64,000 nucleotides of DNA from a virus (IMGVR_UViG_3300037067_009025:21950-85949); one strand, 5' to 3'. Shown: positions 36,608-46,738, counted from the stretch's first letter. The notes: generated by a model not told the origin, from the sequence alone. Made by a program: numbers and translations.

Positions 36608-37224
36608 TGAGTCCAGCAGACAACGTTAAAATCATCAATAATTATCTCAAGGTCTATCTCATCGGGCCAATGGAAAAAACTCAGGCCGATGATGCAGGCC
36701 GTGGTTGGCGAGATAAGATTCGTCCAGAACTTGAGGGGCTAATAGACCCCTCGGGGAATCCTATTTACATTTTCGACCCTACCCGAGAAGAGCAGAATAA
36801 GGTCGGCCTTGAACCAAAAGCCTTCCATAAAAAGCTCAAAGGATGGATAAGTGGTGGCAACAATGACAAGATTGCTGAGGGCACCCGCATGATTTGGAAG
36901 GGTAAAAGCTATCTTGAACCAGGCACAGAACCAGGAACTGAGAGATTGATTCATCTCCTGGGAGATGTGGATTATGTTTTAAATTCTACCTTTTTAATCG
37001 CCCGAATGGAAGAAGGCGACCAACCCTGTGGCACTTATGGTGAAGCCTGTATGGCATTCGCCAGCAATATTCCAATCTATGTTCTTCAAACCATGCCCCG
37101 AGAAAAATATCCAGTTACCTTTACAGGCTGGGTCTTTGGAAGCGGTGGTGATTTCTTTCCTAATCAAACCCAGTTGATAGAATTTCTGGTGAAGAAATAT
37201 AATTTAAAACCCATCAAGAAATAA
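36607..37224 (+). CDS. Second nucleoside 2-deoxyribosyltransferase-like protein
   Basis: VYLIGPME, DVDYVLNS, GTYGEACMA. Confidence 0.65.
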   Translation: MSPADNVKIINNYLKVYLIGPMEKTQADDAGRGWRDKIRPELEGLIDPSGNPIYIFDPTREEQNKVGLEPKAFHKKLKGWISGGNNDKIAEGTRMIWKGKSYLEPGTEPGTERLIHLLGDVDYVLNSTFLIARMEEGDQPCGTYGEACMAFASNIPIYVLQTMPREKYPVTFTGWVFGSGGDFFPNQTQLIEFLVKKYNLKPIKK

Positions 37225-37238
37225 GCGAGGATTTTCCT

Positions 37239-37550
37239 ATGCAGGTTACTTATTGCGATTTGTGTGGACTCCCAGTTCACGGAAAACGGTATTACTTGGT
37301 GGTGGTTGCAGATGACCCCAGACAGGGTGCACATAGACCACCGCAATCGAAGGAGCAATATGAGATAGACGAATCTTGTTATGCTCTTTTAGGTAAAATC
37401 TTTGATTTGAAAAAGGCCAAAATTGCCGAAATCAAAGAATATCTTGATGAACAATATAAGCTGCCCTCGAATCGCAAAAAGAAATCCAAGTCCAGAAAAG
37501 GAACCAAAATCTATTTCCATGTTCAACCAAAGAAAACTGGGAGTAAGTAA
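37239..37550 (+). CDS. Hypothetical protein
   Basis: CDLC motif, basic tail. Confidence 0.5.
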   Translation: MQVTYCDLCGLPVHGKRYYLVVVADDPRQGAHRPPQSKEQYEIDESCYALLGKIFDLKKAKIAEIKEYLDEQYKLPSNRKKKSKSRKGTKIYFHVQPKKTGSK

Positions 37551-37551
37551 C

Positions 37552-38145
37552 ATGTCCGAATTTACTGAAGTAAAAGATTCTGGAAAGCGTCAGGAATTTT
37601 CTACGGGGTCTCGCAGAGATACAGATGATGGAAAGGGTTGGCCACATTTAGTTGCAGGGGAACCCTTTAATGTCATCCTTAATAAATATGGCTCCTGGAC
37701 AACCACCGAGTTTCAGGTAGAGCAACCCCTTGTTGAATGTTTAAAGGAACTCTTTGCCTATAGCCGATTTGAAGAAACTCGGGAAGCAGGCGAAGACCAT
37801 CTTCATAGAGCAATCATGTTTACTATGAGGGCTATTGCCGAGACAGAGGATGGGACATTCAATTCAGTTTTACGTCGTTTGGCGGTGCATTATCAAAACG
37901 GGGCTAAGAAATATGCCAAAAATAATTGGCGCAAAGGACAGCCCATTACACGATATTATGATTCAGCCATGCGCCACCTGGCAAAGGCTGTTGATGGTTT
38001 GAAAGATGAAGACCATCTTGCAGCCCTTCTGTGGAACTTATTTGGGATTGTTCAGATGAAGATTGACGTAAAGCGTGGGCTCTTACCACCCCAAATTGAC
38101 GATTTTCCCTTTACTACGGGAGAAACTTTCGTAAAGGCCACATAA
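37552..38145 (+). CDS. dATP/dGTP diphosphohydrolase-like (DUF5664) protein
   Basis: F.TGSRRD...GKG, GAKKYAKNNWRKG, YYDSAMRHL, EDHLAA..WN. Confidence 0.75.
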   Translation: MSEFTEVKDSGKRQEFSTGSRRDTDDGKGWPHLVAGEPFNVILNKYGSWTTTEFQVEQPLVECLKELFAYSRFEETREAGEDHLHRAIMFTMRAIAETEDGTFNSVLRRLAVHYQNGAKKYAKNNWRKGQPITRYYDSAMRHLAKAVDGLKDEDHLAALLWNLFGIVQMKIDVKRGLLPPQIDDFPFTTGETFVKAT

Positions 38146-38462
38146 TGGGAATGCCTGCATATTTCAATAAATCTGAATCCATCAAAAGCAAAGCCAACAA
38201 ACGAGAGGCAAAGGTTTATAAGCACCTCGTGAGTGGGGCTTTGTCTTATAAAGGAGACTTTTCTGATGCGGAATCTCTGATTGATAATAAGAGCACAGAG
38301 AAGAAATCCATCAAGGTCACAGAAGATATGCTCCAAAAATTATTGGAGGATACCTTGACAATGAATAAAAAATATGCTATACTTATTTTAGATTTACCGA
38401 ACTTCTATGTCGTAGGCAAGGTAGTCAAAAAGGATAAATCAGATGGCCCAAAAAACAAATAA
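38145..38462 (+). CDS. Putative Holliday-junction-resolvase-like PD-(D/E)XK nuclease
   Basis: E..VYK..VSGA..KGD....LIDNKST pattern. Confidence 0.55.
   Translation: MGMPAYFNKSESIKSKANKREAKVYKHLVSGALSYKGDFSDAESLIDNKSTEKKSIKVTEDMLQKLLEDTLTMNKKYAILILDLPNFYVVGKVVKKDKSDGPKNK
38355..38383 (+). promoter_or_regulatory. Sigma70-type promoter inside a CDS
   Basis: TTGACA-17-TATACT with TGn, 60 nt upstream of the SbcD-like start. Confidence 0.65.
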
Positions 38463-39465
38463 AAAAGATGCTGGGGCAGCAAATTTGGATGCCCGAGGTA
38501 AAGTTCCTGCGCCAGCTTGGACTGAGGCCGTTCTTGACCATTTGGATAAGTATCGTATTCTGGTCATCGGTGACCCCCACTACGATGAAAAGCGTAAGAA
38601 GTCTATTGCTACCGCTGAGGAGAGCATCTTTCAAGTATTGGAGACTGAATTTAAACAGAAAAAAGTCGGGTTTGATATTTGTGTGATTACTGGGGACATC
38701 TATAATGAAACCCCCACAGTAGAAGAACGAGTCATGTTTGCGACCTTTTTAAATCGTCTGAGAAAAAGAGTAGGCAATATGATTCTTATTAAGGGAACAG
38801 ATACCCATGAATTCACCAAAGGGTTTTACAACATGGAGGATATTATTCTTCTCTCCAACATTCAGGCTTATGAGGAGATTGAAATTGTTGATTTTGTTTT
38901 CGGGCATTATGAGGTTAAAGGGACTAAGTATGTAAATGGTTTTGAATCTAAAAGCGAGAGAGTTATTGACCCAAAGAAAACTTATATGCTCGGGCATATC
39001 CACTCTCCTCAGTGTTCTTTTGATAAGGTTCATTATGTAGGCTCAATTTATAAAAATGATTTTGCAGAGAGAAATGACCAGAAAAGAATTGCCATCATTG
39101 ATAGGGGAACACTCCAATGGTTTCCTATTCAATCTCGTCCCATGCACCAGATTAAGCTGGTAGGAAAAGACGGTGGTGTAAAGGTTGATAAAGAGACCAA
39201 AGAATTTTTGCAGAATACTCCCGAAAAAAGCGAAATGGATTTGAAAATCGTGGTTGATACAGATGCTCAAAGTTTGGGAGCCATTGACAGACAAATTGCA
39301 AAAATCAAAGAGAAGTTTTCTATTGAATATTATGTCCAAGAGAAAAATATTCGAGAAGTCAAGGTGGATGTTCCCCAGAATTTGAATCAAGACTATCTCT
39401 TTGAAACTTACGTTAAAGCAAAGAATGTTCCATTGGAACTTGCCTTGAAAGAATACAAGGCGTAA
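38443..39465 (+). CDS. SbcD/Mre11-like metallophosphoesterase nuclease
   Basis: IGDPH, TGDIY, GTDTH, GHIH. Confidence 0.75.
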   Translation: MAQKTNKKDAGAANLDARGKVPAPAWTEAVLDHLDKYRILVIGDPHYDEKRKKSIATAEESIFQVLETEFKQKKVGFDICVITGDIYNETPTVEERVMFATFLNRLRKRVGNMILIKGTDTHEFTKGFYNMEDIILLSNIQAYEEIEIVDFVFGHYEVKGTKYVNGFESKSERVIDPKKTYMLGHIHSPQCSFDKVHYVGSIYKNDFAERNDQKRIAIIDRGTLQWFPIQSRPMHQIKLVGKDGGVKVDKETKEFLQNTPEKSEMDLKIVVDTDAQSLGAIDRQIAKIKEKFSIEYYVQEKNIREVKVDVPQNLNQDYLFETYVKAKNVPLELALKEYKA

Positions 39466-39475
39466 AGGAGGAAAT

Positions 39476-39664
39476 ATGGAAGCTAAAGCCTTACCAGAGC
39501 GCATGGAAACACTGAAGAAGGACATCAATAAGCTCCTCTTTGAATTCAATCGGGAGGTGGGCTTAGAAATTTCCGAAGTTCATGTGCAACCCATGACTCT
39601 CAAAGAGTTGGATGGAAAATCTAAACTCATGGCGTATGATGTTGTTATCGGAATGGATTTCTAA
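39476..39664 (+). CDS. Hypothetical protein
   Basis: AAGGAGG RBS, 62 aa. Confidence 0.55.
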   Translation: MEAKALPERMETLKKDINKLLFEFNREVGLEISEVHVQPMTLKELDGKSKLMAYDVVIGMDF

Positions 39665-40317
39665 TGATTAAGAAATTTAACCTTGATGACATCATTGATG
39701 TTGTGGGTTCTCCTATAAAAAAGAATACCATGTCCCTGGGAATAGATGTTGCCCAGATTAAGACAGGTATGTGTCTTTTACGAACGGACGATAAGTTTCT
39801 CTATATCGAGGGCCTCTATACGCTCATTGCCAAAAAACAAAAGAATACGTTACACCAGATGGTTGACAAATACGTGCATGAGGCTGTCCAGATTAGAGAA
39901 CAGTTAGAGAAAGATAGTGGGAAAGAAAAACAAACCAAAATTCTTATCATTGAAGATTGCTGGTTTGGTAAATCTGTTTGGACAACAAAAATTCTGGCGA
40001 AGTTTGCTGTAATTGTCTATTTGGTTTTCAAAAAATGGGCCACGGTTACACCAGACCCTATACAACCTACCACGGCCAGAAAAAGAGTTGGTTTCAAACA
40101 AGATACGGGAGAGTGGCATTATCAAATTTTAGCGGACAATTCACGAAAGAAAGTTTGGGACAGAAAACCTGATGATACTAAAGACCAGATTTATGATTAT
40201 CTGGCCGAAGAACTCGGTGTAGAGATTGATGATGAAGATTTAGCAGATGGATTTGTTTTGGCTTTGGCTGGTTTAGTAGAGTCAGAGGAGATAGCAAATG
40301 CTGAAGATGCAGACTGA
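39664..40317 (+). CDS. RuvC-like resolvase/RNase H-fold nuclease
   Basis: LGIDVAQIKTG, IIEDC, DLADGFVLA. Confidence 0.7.
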   Translation: MIKKFNLDDIIDVVGSPIKKNTMSLGIDVAQIKTGMCLLRTDDKFLYIEGLYTLIAKKQKNTLHQMVDKYVHEAVQIREQLEKDSGKEKQTKILIIEDCWFGKSVWTTKILAKFAVIVYLVFKKWATVTPDPIQPTTARKRVGFKQDTGEWHYQILADNSRKKVWDRKPDDTKDQIYDYLAEELGVEIDDEDLADGFVLALAGLVESEEIANAEDAD

Positions 40318-40537
40318 ACAGTGTTATCCTAATCAACGCTATGTTAAGGTTGATGATTTTCGTAAGCAAGTTTTTCTGGCCAGCGTTAAAGCAGGGAAAG
40401 CAGAGGTTGTCTGGACAAAGACTTCCCCAGGGCAACCAGATAAAGTTCGTCAAATAATTAAAGCGGGTAATCATAAGTATATGGTGCATTTTTGGAAGAA
40501 CAAAGTTACTGAAATCTATCTTATCCAGAGAGGTTAG
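40298..40537 (+). CDS. Hypothetical protein
   Basis: 79 aa with GAGGAG RBS. Confidence 0.5.
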   Translation: MLKMQTEQCYPNQRYVKVDDFRKQVFLASVKAGKAEVVWTKTSPGQPDKVRQIIKAGNHKYMVHFWKNKVTEIYLIQRG

Positions 40538-40539
40538 AA

Positions 40540-41796
40540 ATGTCAACTTTAATTGTTTCCCTAAGCCGTGTTGAAGAGCTCATTCCCATTCCTGGAAAAG
40601 ACCGTATAGAGGTCGCCAAGATTAAGGGCTGGAACTGTATTATAGAGAAAGGTCATCGGGTAGGAGAATTGGCCATCTTTATTCCACCTGAAAGTATTGT
40701 CCCCGAAAATGTTGTGGATGCACTCAATTTGGGGTATCTCAAAAAGAATGGTCGGGTAGGAACGATTAAACTCTCGGGAGTGGTTTCTCAGGGTCTTGTT
40801 TTATGGCCATCCAAATTACTTCATCCTGAAATTTTTTCCAACATTGAAGAAGCGGTGAATTATGTTGTTATTGGAAAGCAGCGATTCAATGAGGGTGATA
40901 ATATGGCTGAAGTTCTTGGAGTAAAGAAGTATGAACCACCTGAGCCGACCTTTTCAATCGGGCCCAAGAAAGAGTCCATTAAAGAACAGTGGCAGAAACT
41001 CCTGGCGAAAGAGATTACATTACGTCGTTTTGTCACGAAAAGTGTCGGGATTATCAAAGACCAATATTTTACTCCCAAGAAAAAGTTGAATCCTCTCTTT
41101 GACAAATATACCGATATTGAAAACGTGAAGCATTATAATACGGTTTTCAAGCCAGGCGAATTGGTCGTAATGACTGAGAAGATTCACGGGACAAATTTTC
41201 GTGCTGGGTGTCTTCCTCGCTATGTCACTGGAACCCTTCTCCGAAGACTCTATCAATATGTCATGTCTTCAATGGGAAAGAAATACGAGTTTGTTTATGG
41301 AAGTCACACAGTTCAAAAAACAATGATGAATTCCAAAACGGGATTCTATGCGGGTGATGTTTACGGAATGATTTCTGACCGCTATAAACTGAAAGAAATT
41401 ATTCCCCAGGATTATATAGTATATGGTGAAATCTATGGGACAAATCCTGAGAACAAATCTCCCATTCAGAAACATTATCAGTATGGTTTAACAGAAGACA
41501 TTGATGTGATGTTCTTCGATGTCAAGTATAAAGGACGCTACCTTGATTTTAAAGAAGCCTGGGCCTTTTTCCAGAAATTGAATCTGCCGACAGTGCCTGT
41601 TCTATACTATGGGCCATATTCAGAAACAGAAATGAAAAAAGCTACAGAGGGGCCATCCACCGTTGACGTAAATATTGTGCGAGAGGGTTCTGTCATTAAG
41701 CCCGAAAAGGAAAGCACGGATATGTGTGGCCGTAAGATTCTCAAGAGTATCAATCCTGATTATTTGCTCATCAAGGACAATACACAATGGCACTAA
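40540..41796 (+). CDS. RNA ligase, DRB0094/Rnl5 family
   Basis: N-terminal OB-like PIPGKDRIE..GW, SQGL; motif I TEKIHGTN; GEIYG; FFDV; REGSVIK; LKSINPDYL. Confidence 0.85.
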   Translation: MSTLIVSLSRVEELIPIPGKDRIEVAKIKGWNCIIEKGHRVGELAIFIPPESIVPENVVDALNLGYLKKNGRVGTIKLSGVVSQGLVLWPSKLLHPEIFSNIEEAVNYVVIGKQRFNEGDNMAEVLGVKKYEPPEPTFSIGPKKESIKEQWQKLLAKEITLRRFVTKSVGIIKDQYFTPKKKLNPLFDKYTDIENVKHYNTVFKPGELVVMTEKIHGTNFRAGCLPRYVTGTLLRRLYQYVMSSMGKKYEFVYGSHTVQKTMMNSKTGFYAGDVYGMISDRYKLKEIIPQDYIVYGEIYGTNPENKSPIQKHYQYGLTEDIDVMFFDVKYKGRYLDFKEAWAFFQKLNLPTVPVLYYGPYSETEMKKATEGPSTVDVNIVREGSVIKPEKESTDMCGRKILKSINPDYLLIKDNTQWH

Positions 41797-42251
41797 AGCG
41801 CAAGATTGAAAATACGGAAGATGTCTTGATAGACCTTCTCGGATACTGGAAGAAGGTTCTAAGAGTGCCCGATTTTGTTATAGTAGTGCGGGCTATTAAA
41901 GATACAAAGTCTGAAGCCTATGTTTATCGCACTCGCAAGGGAATAATTTATTGTGTAATTGACCCTGAAAAGTTTGTTAAGCAGCGTAATGATGCACACG
42001 ATTATATTGCAGCGGTTTTCCATGAATTGGGCCATATTAAGACGAACAGTTTTTATAGTTCCAAATTATCAGAAGAAGAGGCAGAATTCAGAGCGGAGAC
42101 ACAGGCCCTCAAGTGGTTGAAAAAATATCTTCCTGAACGGTATAAAGAGCAAGTCAACCGTTTCAAAAAAATTTTAAAAAACAGTCCGTGGAAAGGCAGA
42201 CAGGCACACTATACTCATGCCTTCAAACGCATAAAGGATTACAATGATTAA
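41787..42251 (+). CDS. HExxH metallopeptidase-like protein
   Basis: FHELGH followed by EEAEFRAE. Confidence 0.55.
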   Translation: MALKRKIENTEDVLIDLLGYWKKVLRVPDFVIVVRAIKDTKSEAYVYRTRKGIIYCVIDPEKFVKQRNDAHDYIAAVFHELGHIKTNSFYSSKLSEEEAEFRAETQALKWLKKYLPERYKEQVNRFKKILKNSPWKGRQAHYTHAFKRIKDYND

Positions 42252-43662
42252 GCAGCTTCATCTAAAAGGTTTTGGAATTCATAAAGACCTCACTGTAAAT
42301 TTCCAGGGTGGGCTTAATGCCATTATCGGTCAAAACCGCAAAGGTAAGACCAATATCATGGAGTCAATCTGCTTTGCTTATTATGGGAAGACACAGAATA
42401 GCACTCTGGATAAGATTATCAATTTTGAAATGGAACGGGCAACAGTTAAAGTGTCCTCAGATACTTGTCAATTTTCTCGCACCAGGTCGCCCAACTCCTC
42501 AAAATTAGAGGGGATTGATAAGCTGGCTCTTGACAAAGAATTGAATTTGGGTTACCAGGAATTTTTGAGCATCTTCTATATATCCTCACATGAACAGAAG
42601 AGTTTATTCGACCCATCCTATTTCAGAAACTTTTTGATTTCATTATTTGGCCTCGAAGTTTATGCCAAGAAATATGAACGTCTGTCTTCAGAATATCAGG
42701 GTCTTCAAGCTGCTGTGCAATCTTACAAGAAAGTGAACGTTCCTCTATTAAAGGCCCGCTATGTAAGAGTGCAGGCTGCTATTCAACGGTTATCTGAGGA
42801 ACGAGTAAAGTATGGGGATGCACACGTGAAATGCCAGACTGTCTTTAATCAATTGGCCACAAAAGAGGGAGAAATACGGGTAAGTTGGAATACAGCAATC
42901 AGAAAAGAGAATCTTATTGCTCAAGCAAAATGCACTGAATGTGGCAGACCCTTTTCTCCCGAAGATATACAAGCCCGTCTGGCAAAGATTAACGAAGCAA
43001 AACAAAAGATTACCACAGTTCACCAAGCAGTTGAAGCGAAGAAAGCCAGCACCAATGCCGTTTATGTGAAGGTGGAAGAAAAGCTAAACGCAATTGATTA
43101 TCGTATTGAAAAAGGCAGAAATCTTCTTTATAGAATCCAAGAGAAAGCGAAGCAGCAGGGCCCTCAAATCAATATCACTCGTATAAAAGAATTGGAATCT
43201 TTAATGCCAATCTTTAAAGCAAGTGGCTTTCCTTCTTATTTGTTGCAAGTTTACGTTCCAGTAATCGTAGAATCCGCTAATAATTTATTGCAGATGATGT
43301 TTCCCGACATGCGAGTGAGTATTCGCACTGAGAAACCAGAGAGCGGTAGACCTGATTTTAAAGTGCTGGTTCACAAAAAAGATGTTGTTCAAGAAATATC
43401 CGACTTGTGCGGAGCCGAGAGAGTTCTGGTCAATCTGTGTTTTCGTCTTGGTATAATGGTTATCTTCAAACAACTTTCCAAAACAAACATTGACTTCTTC
43501 ATGGTTGATGAAGGCTTTGAAAAATTAGATTCAGAAAATGCAATAGAGGCTCTAAGGTTATTTGATAATTTTATTGGTCTGGGTTATTTGAAACAGGTAA
43601 TCCTGGTTACACATAAAAAAGAATTAAAGTCACTCAAAAACGTCAACTATATCGAATTATAA
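42244..43662 (+). CDS. SbcC/Rad50-like SMC ATPase
   Basis: Walker A GQNRKGKT, coiled coils, Zn hook CTEC, signature LCGAE, Walker B MVDE, VTH. Confidence 0.85.
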   Translation: MIKQLHLKGFGIHKDLTVNFQGGLNAIIGQNRKGKTNIMESICFAYYGKTQNSTLDKIINFEMERATVKVSSDTCQFSRTRSPNSSKLEGIDKLALDKELNLGYQEFLSIFYISSHEQKSLFDPSYFRNFLISLFGLEVYAKKYERLSSEYQGLQAAVQSYKKVNVPLLKARYVRVQAAIQRLSEERVKYGDAHVKCQTVFNQLATKEGEIRVSWNTAIRKENLIAQAKCTECGRPFSPEDIQARLAKINEAKQKITTVHQAVEAKKASTNAVYVKVEEKLNAIDYRIEKGRNLLYRIQEKAKQQGPQINITRIKELESLMPIFKASGFPSYLLQVYVPVIVESANNLLQMMFPDMRVSIRTEKPESGRPDFKVLVHKKDVVQEISDLCGAERVLVNLCFRLGIMVIFKQLSKTNIDFFMVDEGFEKLDSENAIEALRLFDNFIGLGYLKQVILVTHKKELKSLKNVNYIEL

Positions 43663-43676
43663 AGGAGACAAACATC

Positions 43677-44825
43677 ATGTCTAATATCTCAATTAAGAAA
43701 CAAGGAAATACAGTTTTGGTCGGGGCCTTCGTTCCTGTGGGGTCTCGTGATGAAGATACTCGGGTAAAAGGTATTTCTCACTTCGTGGAGCACATGCTTT
43801 TCAAAGGAACAAAAACTCGCACCAAAGACCAACTGAAGCGAGAAATCGAACAGTATGGGGCCTACTTCAACGCTTATACTTCTGAAGAGGTCACCTTCTA
43901 TTATATTCAAATCGCCAGCAAATATGCAGACGTGGCTCGAAAGGTTATTGATGATATGGTTCACAACGCCAGCTTCCCGAAAGAAGAGGTTGACAGTGAA
44001 CGCTCAGTAATCCTTCAGGAACTTCAGATGTATGAAGACAATCCCCAGTCTCATATTTTTGAGGTGGCCCAGCGAGCAATTTTTCAGCCCGAATCTGGAT
44101 TGCACCTCCCAATTATCGGAACGAGAGAAACCCTCGCCAATATTGACAGGGATAAACTGGCTGCCTATTATGCCAGGATGTATAAGAACCCGATTTCTAT
44201 TGAGGTTGGCGACGTAGAGCAAGCTGAGGCTCAAATGCTACTTCCTAAGAAGTTTGCCCTGGAAACAGCCAATCCTGACCGCAGCGACCTTCTGGTGCCC
44301 CGTAAAGGCGTCAATCAAGCTAATATGACCCTTACAGGGTTGTTACACTTCGATGACCCTATTAGGGCCTACCATGACCTGGATTTATATTCTGGGGTAA
44401 TGAATGGTTTTACTGGTCGGCTCTTTGATACAGTGCGAGAAAAGAATGGTCTTGTCTATCACGTTGGATTTTACTATCAAATCTTTAGCTGCGGAACGGT
44501 GCTTTATCACATCTATGCAGCATTGGAACCCTCAAAGATTGAAAAGGCCAAAAAGCTGATTATTGAAGAATTGACACGTCCTGTTTCCACAGAGGATATT
44601 GAATTCGCCAAGAATAAAATCCTCGGGCAATATAATCTCTCTTCTGATGATAAGTCTGAAGTCAGCCGTGTCATCATCAACTCAACTGTGAATCACTTAA
44701 ATTACGCTGAGATTTTATCAAACTATGAAAAGCACATTGAAGTCTCTGCTAAAAACTTAAACCAATTCATTGCCAGTGCTCAGTTTGATAAATCCAAACT
44801 CGTGGCGGTGATACCTGAAAAATAA
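43677..44825 (+). CDS. M16 (pitrilysin/insulinase) family peptidase
   Basis: GSRDE...GISHFVEHMLFKGT (HxxEH), NAYTS.E, ELQMYED. Confidence 0.9.
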   Translation: MSNISIKKQGNTVLVGAFVPVGSRDEDTRVKGISHFVEHMLFKGTKTRTKDQLKREIEQYGAYFNAYTSEEVTFYYIQIASKYADVARKVIDDMVHNASFPKEEVDSERSVILQELQMYEDNPQSHIFEVAQRAIFQPESGLHLPIIGTRETLANIDRDKLAAYYARMYKNPISIEVGDVEQAEAQMLLPKKFALETANPDRSDLLVPRKGVNQANMTLTGLLHFDDPIRAYHDLDLYSGVMNGFTGRLFDTVREKNGLVYHVGFYYQIFSCGTVLYHIYAALEPSKIEKAKKLIIEELTRPVSTEDIEFAKNKILGQYNLSSDDKSEVSRVIINSTVNHLNYAEILSNYEKHIEVSAKNLNQFIASAQFDKSKLVAVIPEK

Positions 44826-44848
44826 GCTACGACAACAGGGGTGTTGCT

Positions 44849-45256
44849 ATGGAAAAATACCAGAATATCGTGCAATTCAGACGGGAAATGCGCCGATTCT
44901 TTAATGAATATAAAAAGAAATTGGGCATAAATCCTTCTTGGAAAATCACACTTGAAATTAAGCAAATCAGGGATACCTGGGCAGAGGTGGAGTGGGATTA
45001 TCCAAAACGCCGATTCTGGGTTTTTATCAATGACAAAAAAAATGCTACACCACAGGAGTTAAAAGACAGCATCATTCACGAATTGATTCATGTCATGTTA
45101 ATGCCCTATACTAATCGGGCAGAACAAATTACTCGGCAAATGCACGCCGATAGAGGAACAGACTCAAAGGCAGCTTTAAAGGTCTTGGATAATCAAGAGG
45201 AAGCCCTGGTCAGAAAGCTGACAGCGGTTATTATGGGCTTAGACAAGCATGTTTAA
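44849..45256 (+). CDS. HExxH metallopeptidase-like protein
   Basis: IIHELIH motif. Confidence 0.55.
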   Translation: MEKYQNIVQFRREMRRFFNEYKKKLGINPSWKITLEIKQIRDTWAEVEWDYPKRRFWVFINDKKNATPQELKDSIIHELIHVMLMPYTNRAEQITRQMHADRGTDSKAALKVLDNQEEALVRKLTAVIMGLDKHV

Positions 45257-45488
45257 ATTTAGAGATTATAACGTCCATCAAGTTCAAATTTTAGAATCCG
45301 ATACTAAGGATGAACTGTGTCATCAAATTAGTATTATTGGAAGCTCCTATGAACTTATTGATGTTCAATTCTCTGTGACACCTGCGGGTGTTCGACGAAA
45401 GAAAAATTATCACGCCCTGTTATTGATTGGGGCTGCTCATGGTTCTCGGCCTGCACCTACTCCGAGACCTTCAGGAGGGGACTCATAA
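45249..45488 (+). CDS. Hypothetical protein
   Basis: 79 aa overlapping neighbours. Confidence 0.45.
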   Translation: MFKFRDYNVHQVQILESDTKDELCHQISIIGSSYELIDVQFSVTPAGVRRKKNYHALLLIGAAHGSRPAPTPRPSGGDS

Positions 45489-46021
45489 TGTCTAAGGTCA
45501 TTGTTGTTTTAGTCGGAAATATCGGAAGTGGAAAAACCACTTTGACTAAAGTTGCTGTGGATATGGGCTGGATTGCGATTGCCCGTGATGGATTACGTTA
45601 TGCAATCGGAAGTGGGAAATATATTTTCAATCCTGATTACGAACCTATTATCCATGAAGCAAATGTGACCTTCTTTAGACGCTTTACAGATTTAGGCGTT
45701 AATATTGTAATGGATGAGACCAACATCACCCGTGGAAATCGTAAGGCATACATCCATCATGGCCATGAACAGGGTTATAAAGTTGTGGCCGTGGAATTTC
45801 ATCGGTGGCCAAAGGATGTTGCTATTGCTCGCCGTCTATCAAATAATCATGGAGAAAATGATAGAGCTATTTGGACTATGGTCTGGGAGCGAAATAATCA
45901 ACATTATCAGGCCCCGACGAAAGAAGAGGGCTTTGATGAGGTCATTCAATTGAAGGGTGATAACTCCGAGGCTGAATTAACCAGGCTCTTACAAGGACTG
46001 ACAAATGGAAGTAATGCTTGA
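45488..46021 (+). CDS. P-loop kinase (AAA_33/polynucleotide-kinase-like)
   Basis: GNIGSGKTT, ARDGLR, VMDETN, R...R lid, EEGFDEV. Confidence 0.75.
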   Translation: MSKVIVVLVGNIGSGKTTLTKVAVDMGWIAIARDGLRYAIGSGKYIFNPDYEPIIHEANVTFFRRFTDLGVNIVMDETNITRGNRKAYIHHGHEQGYKVVAVEFHRWPKDVAIARRLSNNHGENDRAIWTMVWERNNQHYQAPTKEEGFDEVIQLKGDNSEAELTRLLQGLTNGSNA

Positions 46022-46709
46022 ACGAATTCAAAAGGGTGAATATCGTTTTTATAGAAAGCTGGTTGATGGCCAGCCCACAGGTGAAGAATTTATTTCCGTT
46101 ACAGCCTGTCTTTCTATTCTGCCTAAGCCTGGAATCATTCTCTGGGCTGTTATGCAGACGGTAAAATATATCGCCCAGAAACAATCTCTCTCTGATAAAG
46201 TTATGGGAGAGGCTTTTCATTTTCATAAACAACTATTGTCTCTATTGGCCAGTGAGGGAACTGAAGACCATAACATCATCGAAGATTATCTTAAAGGAAT
46301 TGCAGTAGACGAGACTGACACTTCCATTAAAAGATTCAAAGAATTTGAAGCTGAGTGTGATTTTCACATGGAAGCAACTGAGTTGATGCTTTATAATGAC
46401 AAACTTCGTAGTGCTGGAACTGCTGACCTTATTGGGCACTGTTCTGGGGTAGGGATGGTGGTTGACCTAAAGACTTCCAAAGCAATTCGGTTATCGCATA
46501 AAATTCAGGCCGTAGTCTACAAATACATGTATGGTGAGCACCACAGAAAGGCTGCAATTTTATTGATTCCCAGAGAAGCCAAGAAAAAATGGGAATTTTA
46601 CATTTTGACTGAGGAAGAAGAGAAGACTTATTTGAAAATTTACTTTCTCTTGAGCCAGTTGTTTTACATGCTATGGGATTTAGGGGAAATTGACCCAAAC
46701 AGGAAATAG
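46005..46709 (+). CDS. PD-(D/E)XK exonuclease-like protein
   Basis: SVT..LS.LPKP, GT..H..IE, AGTADL, VDLKTS. Confidence 0.7.
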   Translation: MEVMLERIQKGEYRFYRKLVDGQPTGEEFISVTACLSILPKPGIILWAVMQTVKYIAQKQSLSDKVMGEAFHFHKQLLSLLASEGTEDHNIIEDYLKGIAVDETDTSIKRFKEFEAECDFHMEATELMLYNDKLRSAGTADLIGHCSGVGMVVDLKTSKAIRLSHKIQAVVYKYMYGEHHRKAAILLIPREAKKKWEFYILTEEEEKTYLKIYFLLSQLFYMLWDLGEIDPNRK

Positions 46710-46738
46710 TTGACAACGCAGGATTTATGTGTTATACT
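46710..46738 (+). promoter_or_regulatory. Sigma70-type promoter (TTGACAACG class)
   Basis: TTGACA-17-TATACT with TGn. Confidence 0.8.

Noticed and set aside
35076-38145. Z-genome (PurZ) or 7-deazaguanine pathway
   Set aside because: The DUF5664-like gene alone is insufficient; no PurZ, QueC/D/E, FolE or DpdA motifs were recognised in the window.
43400-43430. Atypical ABC signature LCGAE in the SbcC-like ATPase
   Set aside because: Phage Rad50/gp46-like proteins often have degenerate signatures; not informative on its own.
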